A stretch of 64,000 bases of DNA from Selaginella moellendorffii (taxonomy: Eukaryota; Plantae; Lycopodiophyta), in the NCBI RefSeq assembly GCF_000143415.4, contig NW_003314291.1:294674-358673 (forward strand). The letters are read 5' to 3'. Positions 59,699-64,000 of this stretch are shown piece by piece. Under the pieces are notes generated by a model. It did not search any database and was not told where the DNA came from. It worked only from the letters and a program-made list of their open reading frames with translations. Positions within the stretch are counted from its first letter, which is position 1. Every line of letters begins with the position of its first letter. The translations under genes and the position numbers were made by a program.

Positions 59699-60380
59699 CT
59701 GCAAATTATATACATTTTTTTCCAGGCTAAAACAAGAGATGGCAGTTAGGTTAGGAATTAGATTTTGTAACTTTGATTATGAATGGGAAGATATGATGTC
59801 AATCTAGAAAGACGCTTGCTGTCTGATCAATCTTGGTGCCAACAAAATCTGGTGAGTTCTGTAGATTGTGATCCAAAAGCTGCAGCAGCAGATAGAGGTG
59901 GAACTGTGATGGAGAGATATCCACAGCAGCACACTGGGAGCCAGATGAAGGAGCCTCAGATTCAAATTATGATAGCGGCACATTGGGAGCCAGAGGAGCC
60001 AGGCAGAGATCTCCAATCCAAGAGGATTTTCATCCAGATGGATGAATGTAACCTCTCATTAACTACACAAGAAGACACTCTACAGAAGTTTGGTGGTGTG
60101 TCCCTAAAGAGACTATTAATGTCAAGCATGACATTCTGCCATAAATACCTTCACTTCTGGAGAACATGAAACAGATGGCTTGAAGGAACTCTATTAGTGA
60201 TTAAGGAATTTTGGCATGGCAGTAAATTTTGATAGAGTCATGGATTTTCTGTCAGGATCTCATTTCTGCATCAACATCTCCACATGCAATGTGAATGGCA
60301 AAGAAAATTTACAAGAGGAGAAAGATCACAAAAGGTGATTGTTTGTTCATTCTTTTTTTCTTGCGTGTTCTTATTTTCAG

Positions 60381-60495
60381 GGTCCCATGCTTAGCATCAC
60401 TCCAAAGAAGGCCAATTGGGACTTGTGTAAAGACCTACAAAGAAGCTGGAGAAACTGGAGAAACAAACAATGCATGCTATTCTAAGCTTCTATGT
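60381..60495 (+). pseudogene. CWF18/CCDC12 exon fragment, second copy
   Basis: Inverted duplicate of 32355-32466. Confidence 0.62.
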
Positions 60496-60751
60496 TCTTG
60501 AAACTTATCTTAGTTTTCTTTCTCTCTGGCTGCTCAAAGCAGGCTATAACAAGACTAAATTAAGTTTCTATTCTCTACGATGTCACTTTTTTGTTCTCAA
60601 GCTTTGATATTTAGAGCTGTTTCTGCTTGAGCACTTTGACCACCAGTTCCTTTGGGTGCATAATCCTGTAGTGCCACTTTTTTAAGCCTGCTTATCTGCT
60701 TGATAAAGAGAGGAAGTGGCTGCAATCTCGTTTGATTTGCTTCTTCTCATT

Positions 60752-61662
60752 ACTAGGGTTTGGGACCACTAGGTTGTGCTCCAAAGAAGGCAGGATTTTG
60801 TTTCTCAAGATTACGTTGCATTTCTAGAGTAAGGCTGTGGTGTCGTCGCAGAACCTCGAAGAAGGCAAGATTTAGTTTGATTTCTTCTTCTCAAGTGCTT
60901 GACATTGCCAAGGTTTGGGAGGCTATAGCATCATCACAGTACCACTAAGTTGCGATCAGAGGAGAACAATCTCAAAACACACTCACCGACCAGCTCTAAA
61001 TGGAGTGCGACATAAGTCAATTCCATTCATGTTGATGTCTTGCTTAAGCAATCTCTCTGGAGACCAGATGGATAGATTTTTGGACCACATGTTTACTATG
61101 GCTATGCAGGGATGTGGTGAGCAGCCAAGCTTACATCATGAATTGCCAACCAAGACCAGGAGAGCAAGGATGCATCTGAAGAGTTTCCTTCACAACAGCT
61201 TGGCTAGTGAAATTTTTGTCATTCTTCCTAAAATTTTGCCATAAAAGTTTCCATAAAAGTTTTTTTGAAAAAATCCTCTATCCAGGCTGGCAGTGTTACT
61301 TGAGGCTGTAAATATCACCAGCAAGCCTATTATTGAAAAGAACTGTAAATGTGGGAAGAACCTTCTAACTGTCAATAGAAGAAGAAAAAAAAAACACTTA
61401 GTAGTACTTACCATGAACTCTATGTTCTTCCACAGTTTCCATGAAGGAGTTATGTGTCTATTTACCTGCAAAGTGAAAGAAATCATCTCAAACCTACTGA
61501 AAAAAAAGCTTAACACTAGGATCTTTGATGAAAAACTATTGCAGTTGCCAACTATAATCCAAGCCTACTCCATATGCAAAAGCATGAATCAAGTCATGTA
61601 ATTATCACTGAAAATACCAGCTTTTCCAAATCGAAGCTTCCTCTTGCTTCCACAAAACACAT
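60752..61662 (+). repeat. Direct duplicate of ~34895-36147, including a CYP78A-like fragment at ~60977-61200 (minus strand)
   Basis: Colinear match from TTACTAGGGTTTGGGACC to CACAAAACACAT, with an internal deletion in this copy. Confidence 0.88.
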
Positions 61663-62089
61663 CTGAAAGTCATAAACTTCAAGCACTTCTTGGCTGCTTC
61701 TCTTAGAAATGGAAGTGCATGCTCTCCTATGTCAGAAAAAGAATAGCTTTTGTCTATAAAAATGTTAAAAAGAGAGATTTTGATTGGTATTATAGGATTT
61801 TGTTTATTATACTGGACTGGATAGCAACATAGCTTTTCGATCTTCCTCGCATTCATTACTATTCTTCTCAAAACTTGGTAGCCATCATTTTCACTAAAAT
61901 CTAAAACAAGCACTAACTAAAGTCATGTAGATACTTAAGTTCATTAAGAAATTTAGACCACATAAAGTGCTGGTATGGTAGCAAGAATTATAGTTGAGGC
62001 CTTTGGAGTATGTACAATGTTTGTCAGGGAAAGCTAAACAAAGCTAAATATGAAAGACTTCCTGACTCTCACTAGAAAAGGTAGACAAA

Positions 62090-62330
62090 CCAAAAAGACA
62101 CAAGTGCTCACATGTGAAAAAATATGTGGGATTGAGAGCTTTTTCTTTGGCAAGGCTATTGTTAAACATGACTTTCACTCAAAAGCATTAACATAAATCT
62201 TTCAAGGAATAACAACAAAAAAAAAAGAAAGTGGAAAGAAAAATAAGATGAAAAACCTCTCATCCAAATCTCTTACTCAAAAGCTTTAGAAACAAGCTTT
62301 CATGGAAGAAGAAATCAAATAAAAAAATAA
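62090..62330 (+). repeat. Diverged copy of BTB intron-1 sequence (31110-31330)
   Basis: GCTCACATGTGAAAAAA.ATGTGGGATTGAGAGCTTTTT.TTTGGCAAGGCT is shared. Confidence 0.75.
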
Positions 62331-63599
62331 CAATAAAACTTAAGGTTTTATTTAAAGTTTTTTGTTGCAAATGTGATTGTAGATATCAAAAATTATCTAT
62401 TGGTAAGTCTTTTCAAATATTCTTCTCTTATTGCCATAACGGCAAAAAGTCAGTATTGTTAATTCTCTTTATTAGTCTTTGTCCAAGTTAGTTGAAAAAT
62501 TGATCATTATGTATATGCTTATCCCAGATAAACATAAGGTAAGAACTTCTATGTGTTTTTGCTAAGTACATTCAACCTAAGATAAGAAACTCATATATTA
62601 CTTTGCACTTATTAGTGTTGGGAATCCCTGCAATATTAACATTGGTCCCTTAATATTCATTATATAATAGCTTATTGTGTCTGCCAAAACACTCTTATTA
62701 TCATTCCCCATTTGGTCCCATTAACAATTTATAAAAAGTTATAAAATCTAGATTTATTAGTGAGACATATCTATGATATGTAAAGATTATCTTGAATATG
62801 ATGGTTTTGAACTTGCATTAGATTTACAATCTAGCACCATTCCACATTTAGAAAATCTTGTCCTTATATTGCATCTAGAGGCCCAAACTCCATACTATGC
62901 TAACCAATGGAGTACCTATATTTTTATGTTAAGCCACTAATATGCTGAAATAGTATTAAACTCTATTAGCTTTGTTTTGTGTGTTGGTCTTAGTGTTAGG
63001 ATATTAGATCTTTTAAAACTATTCCAAAGTCATTCTATACTCCTGCCTTTTTGGTCATTAAGTTATATATTTAAAAGTTATTTTATGCCTTAGTTCCTTC
63101 ACTCTAGAGCTATATACCTAAGAGTTTGGCTTCATTCTTTCATTCAGTGCCTTGAGGCCTTGAAACTTAAGTTTCACTCTACTGCTTTTGGCCTATGTAT
63201 TTAAGGGTTTAGGTTTCACTTTATGGTTATTCTATAGTAAATCACTATAAGGTAAATTGTAAAAACCATGTATATTACATTTTTAAGTAGAAAGATTTTA
63301 CTTCTTGGTTTTTTTTTTTTTTTTTTAATTGTTGTTTATTTGATTTTACCTTGGATTTTTTTGTTGTTATTGGATTGTAAGTGATGAAATATTTTTTTGT
63401 TATTGAATTTTATTATTATTATTAGATTTCACCTTTTGGATTTTGGGGTCCCAATTCTTTAACTCAAAAGCTTTAAAACAAAGCTAAAACTAAAGTAAAA
63501 GTAATAAGAACCAATCATCCCATTCTAATCTTAATTATTGCCAATCCAGGAAAATCATACTAGTGATCTAGTGAAATTGCTAGAAAGTATATATATTGA

Positions 63600-64000
63600 T
63601 ATAATTTTGATTATAAATGGGAGATATTGACTAACATAATGTGGCCACAATGCCCTATTAAGTATTATGCCTTAAAATGAAAAAAATTTATAGATGAGTT
63701 TGATGTGGATCTGGAAAATACTTGTTGTTCAATTGATCTTGGCATCAACATTGTTGTTGATATTTAGTGAATTATATTAGTGATCTAGAAACCACAGTAG
63801 TAGATAGTGTTTAAGATCTAGGTGGAGTTAGAGAAGATCATAATGGAGCAATAGCAGATATAGCATTAGATTGTGAAGTAATAATAGCCTTATTAAAACC
63901 TAAAGGTATGTAAAAAGCTAAGTGAAGCTTTAGATTCAGATTGTGATCTAGAGCTTGGGAAAGCTGCATTATTACACTGGGAGCCAAACGGTAAAAAGCC
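63600..64000 (-). repeat. Further diverged copy of the repeat arm found at 51440-52105, 54535-54900, 56610-57255, 59760-60120 and 32650-33000
   Basis: TTTGATTATAAATGGGAGATATTGACT and CAGATTGTGATCTAG..ACACTGGGAGCC motifs. Confidence 0.6.

Larger units (their letters stand above)
50000..60110. repeat. Tandem segmental duplication, units ~50000-54903 and ~54905-60110
   Basis: Colinear order in both units: transposase remnant, repeat arm, BTB exon-1 fragment, PEBP, ECH2 fragment, inverted repeat arm. Confidence 0.9.

Noticed and set aside
59783-60169. 128-aa ORF over the repeat arm
   Set aside because: The frame is not preserved in the other copies of the arm, and no domain is recognisable.
61280-61913. 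Exon-like minus-strand pieces (also at 35750-36140)
   Set aside because: Probably another gene fragment, but I could not identify the family.

Overview
Land-plant nuclear DNA. The ~50-nt introns and intergenic gaps of only 160-600 bp suggest a lycophyte such as Selaginella (inference, not verified). The left ~32 kb is gene-dense: an ~800-bp TA/TATG satellite, a 7-LysM protein with a predicted spliced GPI-like tail, XBAT33, an intronless IFRD gene with a decayed copy, LEA, NB-ARC and chromodomain relics, ABCF3, UTP25, STOP1-like, APC5, serine decarboxylase, CP12 and a BTB/POZ gene. The right ~32 kb is a rearranged accessory region. It holds three intact copies of an intronless, signal-peptide-bearing, highly divergent PEBP gene, surrounded by duplicated or inverted blocks of gene fragments (ECH2, BTB exon 1, CWF18/CCDC12, CYP78A, SEC24). 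It also holds a decayed Ty3/gypsy element with an antisense Penelope-like RT, CACTA-like transposase remnants, and a four-copy cluster of small secreted Cys/Trp-repeat (CxxGWxWxxxxC) peptides with paired W-boxes. The best candidates for something undescribed are the secreted PEBP family, the CxxGWxW peptide cluster and the 7-LysM GPI-type protein. All family calls come from motif recognition by eye, and exon coordinates are manual.
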